A stretch of 63,930 bases of DNA, counting the filler, from Chiloscyllium plagiosum (taxonomy: Eukaryota): NCBI RefSeq assembly GCF_004010195.1. It is 6 parts of one record of this genome, joined end to end, with 100 filler letters (N's around TTAATTAATTAA, not from the genome) between each part and the next. Parts side by side here need not be neighbours in the genome. Positions count along the whole stretch, not along the records: positions 15,820 to 38,835 come from NC_057717.1; positions 38,936 to 46,969 come from NC_057717.1; positions 47,070 to 55,303 come from NC_057717.1; 3 more parts are not named here. One strand, given 5' to 3'. Shown piece by piece: positions 37,233 through 48,623 of the stretch. The notes below the pieces were generated by a model. The model was not told the DNA's origin and did not search any database. It saw only the letters and a list, made by a program, of their open reading frames with translations. A program made the translations under genes and the position numbers. Numbering within the stretch: the stretch's first letter is position 1; every line of letters begins with the position of its first letter.

Positions 37233-37775
37233 CGTACTCTGTCCCACGGCAATGGCAGCAGCAACCATTGCTTGCCAAGGTCGCCCAGAGGTATACAGAT
37301 ATATTTTACCCCGGTCTTCTGTACACAAAAGTTACCCGACCAAACCCGCCGCACGCCAGCCCACGGCAATGGCAGCAACACTCGTTGCTTGCACCGCTCG
37401 CCCGATGATATACAGATATATATCTTACCCAGGTTTTGTGTATAAAAGAATTACCCCACCAAACCTGCCGCGTGTCAGCACACTCTGCCCCACGGTGATA
37501 GCAGCAAATACCGATGCCTACCCCGGTCACTTGGATAATACTTATTTAAGACCTTTTTATTACCCGTGTCCTATGCACAAGAGTTACCCGACCGAACCCG
37601 TCGCGTCTCAACCCGTCTTGTTTCCAGTGTCTCTCGGTCCGGATCTCGCTTGCCCGAGCCGCTGCGGCAAAGAGGGAAACTAAAGACTGCCGAAATCAGC
37701 GAGGTGCACCTTCTCCATTTTCCGAACAATTGCCGCACAACCGGAGCTTGGGTTCCCAGGACGATCACCCAAATC

Positions 37776-38398
37776 TGTTAGAAACAAAATCAATAAAATT
37801 TAGGCGAGACCACCAAAACTGGAATCAAGACAATTTATTCTACGATCTTGCAAGAAAGGACCCCAATTGCAGAGAGCAATTGAAGCCATGAAAATTCAAA
37901 TTACTACACAGATATACCTTTGAGTCGCGTGAGGTTAACTCTCCCGACTCCTATATTACCCAATCTTTCTTATTATTTTCTATCACTACCCCTCTGTGTT
38001 CCGCCCTTATTGTTTCCCCCCCTCTCAAGTTGGCAATCTTTCCCTTTGTAAGGCTAAACTTGTATCTTGATGCTCTTTTACTTTGCTTGCAACATCTTCC
38101 ATTGTTCATAGGTACATTCCATTCCTGAACATATGTTTTGACACTGTATCTTTTCTTGCCTAGTTTATGCGTTTCAGCAATCTTAGTTTTTTTTTGCTGA
38201 GACTGTTGTTTTAAACATTATGATGAAAGGAATTATTTTCTTTAATAATTCTACATTAACGTTAGTACTTAATTAACCATAATTATGCATTAAAAGTAAA
38301 GATACATTTCCCTAATATTTGCTTAGACCCCTTTTCTACGCATACACTCCCTTCCTTTTCTATTTCTGTAAAAACAACACACTTCCCCATTTCTTACA
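37776..38398 (-). repeat. 5' LTR of provirus C (623 bp)
   Basis: TG...CA termini adjacent to the PBS TGGGTGATCGTCCTGGGAA. R-U5 is similar to the 3' LTR; U3 is divergent. Confidence 0.9.
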
Positions 38399-38780
38399 GT
38401 TAGAAACTGAGAGGTGATCTTCTCAAGATTTATAAAATCATGATGGGCATAAGGTGAAGAGGTAGGGTCATTTTCCCATGTGTGGTGGGTCCAAAACTAG
38501 AGGGCACATGCTTAAGGTGAGATGGAAAAGATTAAAAGGGATCTGAAGGGCAACTTCTTCACGTCAAGGGTGGTCCTTGTATGGAATGAGCAGCCTGAGA
38601 AAGGAGTGGAGACTAGTACAATTACAACATTTAAAAGGCATCTGATTGGCTACATGAAGCGGAAGGACTTCGATGGATATGGGCCAGCTCCTGGCAAATG
38701 GGAATCCTGGATTCCTGGTTGGCATGCATGTGTTCGACCATAGGGTTTGTTTCTGTGTTGTACATCTCTATGACACTAAT
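38399..38780 (+). mobile_element. CR1 LINE 3' end (host site of provirus C)
   Basis: ORF 38522 KRDLKGNFFTSRVVLVWNEQP is the typical CR1 ORF2 C-terminus. Confidence 0.8.
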
Positions 38781-41700
38781 AAATTAAAACTAAGATAGGT
38801 TTCTCTTTTATGGAGATGTAGCACAATTTCAGATANNNNNNNNNNNNNNNNNNNNNNNNNNNNNNNNNNNNNNNNNNNNTTAATTAATTAANNNNNNNNN
38901 NNNNNNNNNNNNNNNNNNNNNNNNNNNNNNNNNNNATACCTGACCTGCTGTCAGCTCCAGCATTTGTTGTTTTCAGTACAGATTCCAACACCTACAGTAA
39001 TTTCCTTGCATACTTCTCCATTATTGTGTCTATTAAATGCCCACTAAATTGCAGCTACTACTCAACACCTTATCGATAGAGTACTGTGGCCCTGGTGCCA
39101 AACGCCTCCATTGACTTGTTCAATTACACCATAGTTTAGGACAATTGCAAAATACTACCGTGGCTGAAAACAATATAATCATAGTCATGCAACATGGAAA
39201 TGAATTCTTCGGTCCAACACATCCATGCCAACCAAATTTCAAAAAGTACGCTCGTGCAGTTTGCCTGTGTTTGGCCCAAGTTCCTCAACCTTTCCTATTC
39301 AAGTACCTCTCCAAATGTCTTTTAAATGTTGTAATTGTACTTGCATCTACCACTTACTCTGGCCGTTCATCCCGTGTCCCAAACAGTCTATTTGTGAAGA
39401 AGTTGGCAACTGATAGCTTCACTGTTAACTACGTTCTGTGAATCGCTGGGGATTATTATTCATTCAGGACCACCCCTTTCTGAGCACGGCTCAGGGCCTC
39501 AAGAGATTCCTGAATGTGGCTTGGGTCTCCTTGTAGGCTACCACATGCTGCTCAAGGCTTGTGTTTGCACAGCGCAGCTGATGTTGGGTGGGAGTGTTGT
39601 GGAAGGAAGGAAGGAGGCGTTAAGGAATTAATTAATTTGTGGAATGTGGGTGTCACTTGTTGTGCGAACATTTATTGCCTCATTCAAATGCCCTTGAGAA
39701 GATACTTGTGAGCTCCCTTTATGAATCACTGCAGTCTGTGTGGGTTGTAGGCCTATTGGCAGAGCTGTTGGGAGAGAGTTCCAGAATTTTGGCTCAATGA
39801 CACTTCAGGAAGGCTGAAAGATATTCAACTCCAAATGGTAGTGGCTTGGAAGGGAACCTGTATAACGTGGTGTTCTCATGAATCTGCTTCCCTTTCCATT
39901 TTAGTTGGCATTGGTCATAGGTTTGGAAGATGCTATTGAAGTGTTTTGAATTGATATAATGTATCTTGTAGATAGTACATAATGCTGTTCCTAGCATCAG
40001 TGGAGGAGGGAGTGAATGTGGTGCCAATCAAGCAGTCTGCGTTTTCCTGATGCTGTCAAGCTTCTTGAGTGTTCTTGGAGCTGCACCCAAACCTAGCCAA
40101 GTAGCGGATATTCTATTGCACTCCTGAGTTGTGTCTTGTAGATGGTGGACTGGCTTCAGAGATTCGGGGAGTGGTTTATTTACAGTAGTGAAATGGCTAG
40201 TCCACTTCAATTTCTAGTCAACAGTAAACCTCCAGAATGTTGATGGTGGGGGATTCGGTGATGGTGGGTTTGGAGAAAGAGGTTGCAAGGTTTTTGGTGA
40301 GGGAGCTTCAAGTTGAAAGCTAGGGAGGAGGGAATAAGGTCGAAACTAGAAATGGATAGGTGGGGAAAGATGCTGCAAAGGAGACATCACGGCCTTTTCT
40401 CTGTGCTGGGCCCAGCTGGTCTGCTGACACTACTGTAGAGATATTGTAGCTCACTTCACCAAATCAAACAGCCTCTCACCATAGTCTTTCCAATACCATG
40501 CCCATTAAACACCTTGTATTAGTCCATGCCTCTTACTTCCGCCTTTTGAAATAAGAACATAATCAGAATTAGGAGCAGGATTATCAATCCAACCCCTTGT
40601 ACCTGCTGTGCCATTTGATACAGTCATGGCTAATCTCATCTTGGCCTTAACACTAATACTGCCAGCTCTCCTTAACTCTTCAACCCATTACTAATTAAAA
40701 ACCTGCGTATCTCATATTTAACTTTACTTAATGTCCCAGAATCCACATTGTTCTGAGGTAGTGAATTCCACAGATTCACCAACCTCGAAGAGAAGTAATT
40801 CCTCCAGCTTTCCCTTTATTGTAAACTTACGACTCCTCATTTTAGATTGAACCATCTTCTCTGCATCTACTCGGTCAATCCCTAGACCATTTTATAGACT
40901 TCAATGATACCACATCTCATTCTTGGGCTGCAATGAATATGAATGCAAATAGTGGTTGTAGTTCAGCTTGTGACATTTTAATAACTGTTGCAGAGGATGT
41001 TTGTTCAAAACTGAGCTGGACAGTTAGTGCTTTTCAAACAAGAAATAGTTGACGAGATTAATTGCATTAATATATTGGAGTTTTGTCTTTAAGAAGATTT
41101 ACTGTTGGGAGGATTTGGTTCCGGGAATATTGCAGTCAAAGCTGTGGAAGGTTAACTTCCACCCATGTGTGAGGTAGTACACTGTGATCAAACGAATAAA
41201 GAGACCACTTTCTCATTGTTAATATGTCCTTAAATAGGGCAGAGGGATCTGGAGATAGGAATGAGTCACTGACAGTAAATGGCACCGGTTTGTGAGGTTA
41301 CATAGAAAAGTAGAGCATGGCTTTATTTCTGTGTTAACAGAATGGAAATGTGTTAGATATGTGTAGAACCATGGACAGATCACCCTTGTAGCACTGCAAA
41401 TAATTCTAATCTTCATACTGTAATATGGATGTACAGGCAGTAGGGCAGATAAAGAATAGTTACTGGAATTATATCACAACTGAATTTGAATTCATCAAGT
41501 AAGATTGGACAGACGAGTCTCATTGAAAAAGAGTGACATGGTCCAGTTGCATAGGGGTTTGATAGAGTTAGAAAATATATTTCTGCTTGTGAATGACACT
41601 ATGCCCTGGAGCTGTGGATATAATTGTAGTCACTATTAAATCCAACAGGGAATTTGCAGAGGGCGACAAAGTCTTTACCCAGAAAGGGGTTTGAATGTAG

Positions 41701-41892
41701 AACTTACCTCATCAGAAATAATTCAAACAAATAACAGATGAATTCAAGGAGGAGCTTGGAATACACGAAATCAAAGAAAACTATGTTGATGGGTTTGGGT
41801 TGAGAAGGAAGCCTGTGTAAATCACAAATACTGAGAACCTGTTTTTGTGTCCTGAAACTATGCATCTGTGTTGATCTGTAACATTCCTATAG

Positions 41893-42359
41893 TAGCAGCA
41901 GCGGCAATAATAAGTAAGGGTGGCATGGTGGCTCAGTGCTTAGCACTGTTGCCTCACAGCACCAGTATTTCAAGTTCGATTCTAGCCTCGGGTGACTGCC
42001 TGCATGGAGTTTGCACATTCTCGCTGTGTCTGCATGGGTTTCCTCCTGGAGCTCCAGTTTCCTCCCACAGTCTATATATGTGCAGGTCAGGTGAATTGGC
42101 CATGTTAAATTGCCCATGATGTTAGGTGCATTTGTCAGAGGGAAATGGGTCTGGGTGGGTTACGTTTTGGAGGGTTGGGGCGAAGGGCCTGTTTCCACAC
42201 TGTAAGGAATCTAATCTAAAGAAAGACAGCTCAACCTTATCATTTTTGGAGAAAATAAGAACCTCTGGCCACACAAAGGGAATATTGAGAAGGTGTTTCT
42301 AACAGTGGACAATGACTCGATCCACAGAGACAGTGTGCCTTTATTACCTGGTGAGAAAG
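41893..42359 (+). pseudogene. CEP350: CEP350 pseudo-exon 1 (interrupted by an HE1 SINE)
   Basis: ctatAG|T AGC AGC AGC GGC AAT AAT AAG TAA [SINE] ...NIEKVFLTVDNDSIHRDSVPLLPGEK G|GTgaat. Compare recalled CEP350 SSSGSSRQ...DDSLRSDSVPSLPDEK. The phase-1 donor fits the next exon. Confidence 0.75.
41918..42220 (+). mobile_element. HE1 SINE inserted in the CEP350 pseudo-exon
   Basis: tRNA-derived head GGTGGCTCAGTGCTTAGCACTG, V-domain, (AATCT)n tail; possible degenerate TSD AAGTAA/AAGAAA. Confidence 0.9.
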
Positions 42360-42812
42360 GTGAATTATTTAACCAGAAAGGATGTTTTGTCCTTCCACTG
42401 ACCTCATGTCTTAACGGGGAAATGTGTCTCTTTGGTTAGATGATTCGAATCAATAAAATGTATTGCTACATTAGCACTCCTTCCCTATCCAAAGATATGT
42501 GGGTCAAATAGGCACATGTCTTGCACTGATTTATTTCAAGACTCCTTTATTCAGTCATGTGCTTCAGCTATTCAATCCAAGTTCCTTGTGTTTCCCCTGG
42601 ATCTGTGGGTTGTGCATGAGCAATGTTAAACATTGTGTGATTCAATATCAAAGTTATGTTGAATCAATAATTGTAACCCCACTCTGCTCCTTGAGCAGAT
42701 AATTAATCCTTGGATTCGAGCTCAGCCCTTAACTTCAAGTTCAAGTTCTAAACCTGTCAGTGAGCAATGGAAAATAACAAAGAACAACGTAAATCATTTA
42801 TTGTCTCTCTAG

Positions 42813-43006
42813 ACTCTGCTTCTGTTGCCACTGAGTACTCCCCTAAGTTCGACGAGTCAATGACTGAAGATGAGATTGAAGACAAATCCTTTCGTTCCCT
42901 TCTGCCATCAGAGAGCCATCACCGCTTTAATATGGGGAAGAAATGCAGCCAGCAGGATGATTCAGATGAGGACATAGTGCGGATCAATCGGCTTCTATGG
43001 TTTAAG
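42813..43006 (+). pseudogene. CEP350: CEP350 pseudo-exon 2
   Basis: ctctAG|AC TCT...; reads DSASVATEYSPKFDESMTEDEIEDKSFRSLLPSESHHRFNM...DDSDED versus recalled CEP350 DSTSIATEYSLKFDESMTEDEIEEQSFRSLLPSESHRRFNM...DDSDEE. The expected donor reads AAG|TTGAGA (GT lost). Confidence 0.9.
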
Positions 43007-44682
43007 TTGAGAGGTGGTGCTAATTAGTGGGATTTCAGGGCTTGGAATAGTTGTTCCTCTCTATGCTCGAGGTAACTTGCCATGAGATTCAGATGGAGAG
43101 GATGAGGACCATATGGTGTAACGAGTGTTAGCCAACAGTTGGACGAGGCCTGTGGTTTTGAAAAAAAAGCGAGTACCACTCGGTAACAATGTGCCCAGAG
43201 TTTATACAGTTTGAAGAAGAATAAATATTTCACATTGTTAATCTTTGTGATCGAGTTCCCATGTAGTAAAGACGAAGATTAATATTTACTGGGATTCCTT
43301 GCTCACCCAGTCAGGTAAATACAAGCTAAATTTGACTGCTAAGAATGTCCCTGAATTTACACCTTTCTACTTTCCATTAAGGATGGTAAAAAGATGCAAA
43401 ACGCAGGGGGGGTTTGCAGAGGAATTTGATTTGAACAAGAGACATTTGTGCAGATAATAAGAGATATTCGGATTGGAAGGATATGGTGAGTGATATCCTG
43501 CAAGCATCGATGTTGGAGTCCTAATTATTCACTATTCATAATGAAAGGAAAGCCACATTCAAAATTTGGGGCCACTCTGCAGATTACTGCGATTCCAAGT
43601 GTAGGTAGATGAAGCATAGCATTAGAAAGCAATATTGATAGATTCAGTAAATTAAAAAAAAACAACAACAGATGAGTTTGTGAGAGGTTGGATCAAAATA
43701 GGATATTTCTTGATTATGAAAATTGAGAGAGAGTGGAGTCCAAAGAAACTTGGTGGGATTGATCCAGCTGGATAGTCTATGAAAATGTCACCAACAGGTT
43801 CAGAAAAATGATCAAGGGGCAAGTGGAATGTTGACATTGATCTCTACAGAAGTCTAGAAAACAAAGGATTAGAAGTCATGCTTCAGCAAATCAGAACCTA
43901 GTTAGACCAAGCTGTCAGGGCTGGGCACCATGGCTTAAGAAGAGTATCATTCTGAGTGAAAGTGCAGTGTAGATTTACTGAAGTGATATTTGGGTTCCAA
44001 GGCTTAACTTAAGAATAAAAGTTAAACAGATAAAGTGTTAGAATCAGAACATTGAGGTTTGAAATCGGGAAACACTTTTATGCACAGAAATTGATAAAGC
44101 TTGATAAAGCTCCACAAACAGCGATTGATGGGAAATCATTTGTAAATTTTAAATCTAAGGTTGGTAGATTTTTAATGAAAATGTTGTCGGATTATGGGAC
44201 AAAGACATGGATTTGTTATGGTGATGAAGATTACCATAATTTGGGTGAATGGTGGAATAAGTTGAAGAAGCTAAGTAGCCTCCTCGTGTTCTGATGTTGA
44301 TGTAACCATTGCACCCTTATTCTCTGCAAGTGCAACTCCTGTTGTGTTTTTCGTTATTTATCAGAACCTGGCAGCAAATTAGTGACTGGAGTCCTGACCA
44401 GAAAATTATCAGGATGAGGGACTTCGCCGGTCTTAATGTGTTACACAGATGATGAATTGACACAGCCAGCATTTACCAATCCTGATAAATATTAGGATAG
44501 TTTGATGGGATCACTTGTGATGCAGCATGATTAGCATGTCAGATGATACTCCAACTACTTTTAAGTGTTGCTGTTATCTGCACTCAGTCCGGTGTTTTTG
44601 TGGATTACAGAGCAAGTTTTACTTGAGTCAGGGGAAGCAGATCACTTCACTCTAGTTTGTCTTCCTGTCTTTCACTGTCCAG

Positions 44683-44870
44683 TATTATTCAAGCATGCTC
44701 TTCTCGGGGAGACAAGACAGTTTCTCTACATTCACCATAGAGATGGTGCAACAGTACATGGAGGAGGAGGAGCTGCGTGCACCGCACCAGGTGGCCCTCC
44801 TCAAACTGCGAGGACAAGCCTTGAAGTAAAATCCCAAACAGAGCTGGACTGGTTGTATCCCCAGAAAAAG
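44683..44870 (+). pseudogene. CEP350: CEP350 pseudo-exon 3
   Basis: tccAG|...MLFSGRQDSFSTFTIEMVQQYMEEEELRAPHQVALLKLRGQALK* (TAA 44827-44829), 1-nt deletion, then SQTELDWLYPQKK|GTagga. Compare MPFSGGQDSFSKFTMEMVRQYMKEEEMRAAHQ...AELAWLEHQKK. Confidence 0.9.
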
Positions 44871-46429
44871 GTAGGAGCTGACCTATGTAGGGATGTTAAG
44901 CTTAATAGCCTTTCAAAAATGCGATGTTAGAATGTGCAGCTCCTTCCAGTAATCCTTCCCAGAAAAGGGAGGGAAACCGTTGTCTTTTCTCATTGCAATC
45001 GTGCTGTTGTCCAGAATCGAGGTATTCACATCATCTTTCCCCTTATCGCTTTTGTGGATTGAGAAGAATGAAGTCAAATTTGATTTTATTTGTTTCAGAT
45101 TTTTAGTTCGTTGTTTGAATTTGGATGTTTGCGGTAATGCTGGTATTTGGTACCTTTCCCTCGTTCTCGAAATGGTCACGGTGGTGAGCTACCTTGAGCC
45201 ACTGCAGTCTTGCTAGGTAAACATAAATATATAAACCCTCACGTGTTGTTAGGGTTGGAGCTCAGGGTTCTGTAGCAGACTGATGTAAGACTGTTGTCCT
45301 AATCCACGGGTCAGGCTTTTAAACATTTTATTTTCAATGGATGTTAGCACTGCTGGCAAGGTCAGTGTTGTTATCACTTCTTCATTGCACTTGGGAAGTT
45401 GATAGTGAGCCATTTCCTCAAACATCTGAAGTCACCTGCTACAGGTACAATCACAATGCTGATAGGAAAAAAGTACCTGGGATTGTGATCCTATAGCAGT
45501 GAAGGAATGATATATTCCTAAGTCAGGACGGTGTGTGGCTTGGAGAGGAACTTACAGGTAATGATGTTTCAATGTTATCTACTTGCCTGTGACCTTTTAG
45601 GTGACAGAGGTTGCAGTCTTTGAAGATGCTGTTGAAGGAGTTTAGTGAGTTGCTGCAGTGCATCTTATAGTGCACATAGCTCTCCCTGTTTATTGATGAA
45701 GGAAGTGAATGTATAGGTTGGTGAATGGGGGTGCTGATCAAGCAGGTTGCTATATCCTATCTGGTGTTATGTTTCTTAGGCATGTACTGGGAGACTGGAA
45801 GTGAGTTACTTAGTGAAGAACTTTCAGCCTCTGACCTGTTTTTGTTGACATAATGTTGTATAGTTGATCCGGTTCAGTTTCAGGTCGGGGTTAACTCCAT
45901 TGCGTTAATCGTGAGGGAATCAGTGATGATAATACCACTTAATATCAAAAGATTTCAAGAGATTGGTATGTATGGTGTGCATGCCAACCATACTGCCATG
46001 ATACTGTAGTCACATATGCAAGATTAGTTGTGGTCAGAAGATTTAGTTCTTCAAAGACCATCCATTAATTAGTTGAGTTTTTATGGCTGCTTAACTTCTT
46101 TATGGATACTTTTACTGACACCAACTCTTTATTTCCAGGCTTTCTTTTAAAGTACCCTTTTTAATTTTGTGAGCATAAACAATGTCCAGTTGAAATAAGT
46201 ATTCTCCAAATTGCGTATGACAAGCATGTAGGGGCATTAAAGTTATAAAATATCAAGAAGAATTTGCTGTTTAACAAAATCATAAATCCTGATCATTCCC
46301 TTTATGGTTTAGTTGCTAAATCAGCAGTGGTGAAAATGTGTGATCCCCTTGGGCAGATTTACCCAAGTTTGTCTGTAAATAGAGCATCATTATACCATGT
46401 GTTGGGAGCCGCCGTTTAACAAAGAATTT

Positions 46430-46969
46430 GAATCTCTTGTCAAGAGGAAGAAAAGGCTTATGTTAGGAAGGGATGTGAAGCTCATTTAGGACACTTTGAG
46501 TTACAAGTTATCCAGAAAAGACCTAAAGAGAGAGCTAAGAAGAGCCAGGAGGAGACTTGAGATGTCTTTGCCAGATAGGATCAAGGAAAACCATAAAGCT
46601 TTTTACAAATATATCAGGACTAACAGAATGATTAGATAAAGTTTAGGGCCAATCAAGGATAGTTTTGGGAAGTTGAGTGTGGAATCCGAGGAGATGGGGA
46701 AGCACTATTTTTTTGTCAGCATTTACACTGGAGAAAAAGCAGTGTTGTCGAGGAGAACACTGCGATGCAGGCTACTAGACGAGAGAGGATTGAGGTAAAT
46801 GAGGATGTGTTAGCAATTCTGGAAAGTGTGAAAATATATAAGACCTCACGGCCAGATGGGATTAATCCTGGGATTCTCTGGGAAGCCAGGGAGGACATTG
46901 CAGAACCTTTGGCTTTGATCTGTATATCGTCATTGTCTACAGGAACAGTAGCAGAAGAATTGAGGAGAC
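46430..46969 (+). mobile_element. CR1 LINE ORF2 fragment
   Basis: ORF 46765 reads SRPDGINPGILWEAREDIAEPLALI...SLSTGTV.E. Confidence 0.85.
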
Positions 46970-48548
46970 NNNNNNNNNNNNNNNNNNNNNNNNNNNNNNN
47001 NNNNNNNNNNNNNTTAATTAATTAANNNNNNNNNNNNNNNNNNNNNNNNNNNNNNNNNNNNNNNNNNNNGGTATGGAATGCACTGCCTGTAACAGGAGTG
47101 GACTCACCAACTCGAAGGGCATTTAAATGGTCATTGGATAAATATATGGTTGATAATGGAATAATGTAGGTTAGATGGGCTTCAGATTGTTTTCACAGGT
47201 CAGCGCAACATCGAGGGCCAAAGGGCCTGTACTGGGCTGTAATGTTTTATGTAAGTAGTTAATGTTCAAAGGAGCTTGAGCTTACATTGTATATATTAAT
47301 TTGATTTACTTATACTTCAAAAGTGTTCTGTTAAAGTTCTGTTAATCCATGCTTGCTATCGGCAGAGTTTTTAGTCTACATTGTCATTAAAATATACATT
47401 TTCTTCGTATTTTAAGGAAAAGATACGGGTTTTATAATGATCTGATATTAACACATTCCGAGCATATATTTTACTCCTCAATTTCTGTGTTATCTTTTTT
47501 TTCTGAATAATGTAAGAGATTTAATTATACACTCTGGTGAGTTGTACGTTAGATTAGTAGTTAGTTGAGTTTTGTTTTTTTTTCTCTCGGCATTTCTTTT
47601 TTCTGTTTGATAGATGTTAGTTATTATTTATTTAAGATTTAATTGTATATCAATGTTTATACTTTGGGTTTTTTTTCTAAACTTGAAAAACATGTTAAAT
47701 TTTCAATAAAAATATCTATATAAGAATGGTTTGCCTGCTAGTGAGAAACATCAACTTGAAACTCAGTACTTTTATTAAGTTGATAATATGTGCACGTTTA
47801 TTTATGTAGAGGTCAAATCTCTGTAACCTAAACCTGTATATTCAGGAATATCTGCTGCTGCTGAAAATACCATCCTTTGTATTCAAAGTTATTGCGTTTT
47901 ATTCTGCATTCTGTTGAAATGACAATTCAAGACATTGAGCTTTCAGCCGAATGTATATGTTCTTCTGTTTTTTCGCTTCCTGTAATATGTCTACTACCTG
48001 TTATCAGCATATCCTACAAAGGAGTCAAAACATCTTTGCACTTGATCATGTGCATATGAATGGGACTAGGTTGTTGAGCCATTCATCTGTTTGCCTTTAG
48101 AAATAATACTTATTTTATAGTAATAATTATTATTTTATAATTGATCTACATCTCCCTGCTTGGTCTGTTTCCCTGAATAATTATTCCTAAAAGCAAAAAA
48201 TAATCAGTATCACATTTGAACTTCTCAATTTATTCAAAGCCTAATTTTTTTTAAAATGGGCCAAAGCAGGGAGGGGTAAGAAAGGGCAAATATTGGGATT
48301 CACACAGCCCTATGTATGAAAGGCCTTTCCTGAATGGTTTGGAATTGGTTTTAAAATTATGACCCCTTGTTCTGGTCTCCTACAACAGAAAAACCCTCAC
48401 TGCGACGGCTCTCCAAGTAGTGCAGTGTTTTTCTTACCCTCATCTTTTTTTATTTACCCCCATTGCCCTGGTATAACAGTCTCAGAATTGAATTGCAATG
48501 TAAAAATGTTCACGAGTGCTAATCTTGCTTTGCATTTCAGCGGTTGTG

Positions 48549-48623
48549 ATGGGAAAATTGAGGTCCATGCAAATGTTGCAGCAATTGTTCTTCCTGGTGG
48601 GATTATCAGCGTTACATCATTGT
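48549..48623 (+). CDS. Putative signal-peptide first coding exon, copy 2
   Basis: Exon 48541-48623 bounded by TTTCAG| and |GTAAGC; encodes MGKLRSMQMLQQLFFLVGLSALHHC. Confidence 0.5.

Larger units (their letters stand above)
29258..38398 (-). mobile_element. Provirus C: near full-length defective class I (HERV-I/HERVIP-like gag-pol) ERV, LTR-gag-pro-pol-env-LTR
   Basis: LTRs 37776-38398 and 29258-29917; degenerate tRNA-Pro PBS 37753-37771; polypurine tract 29918-29939; all genes recognisable. Confidence 0.96.

Noticed and set aside
40334..40359. IRSKLEMDR|GTGGGG as a possible remnant of an earlier CEP350 exon (compare LRTRTETDR)
   Set aside because: Too short, embedded in LINE debris, and the intervening exon was not found.
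44565..44930. 121-aa ORF as an independent gene
   Set aside because: Alternative frame over CEP350 pseudo-exon 3; only its SQTELDWLYPQKK part is real homology.
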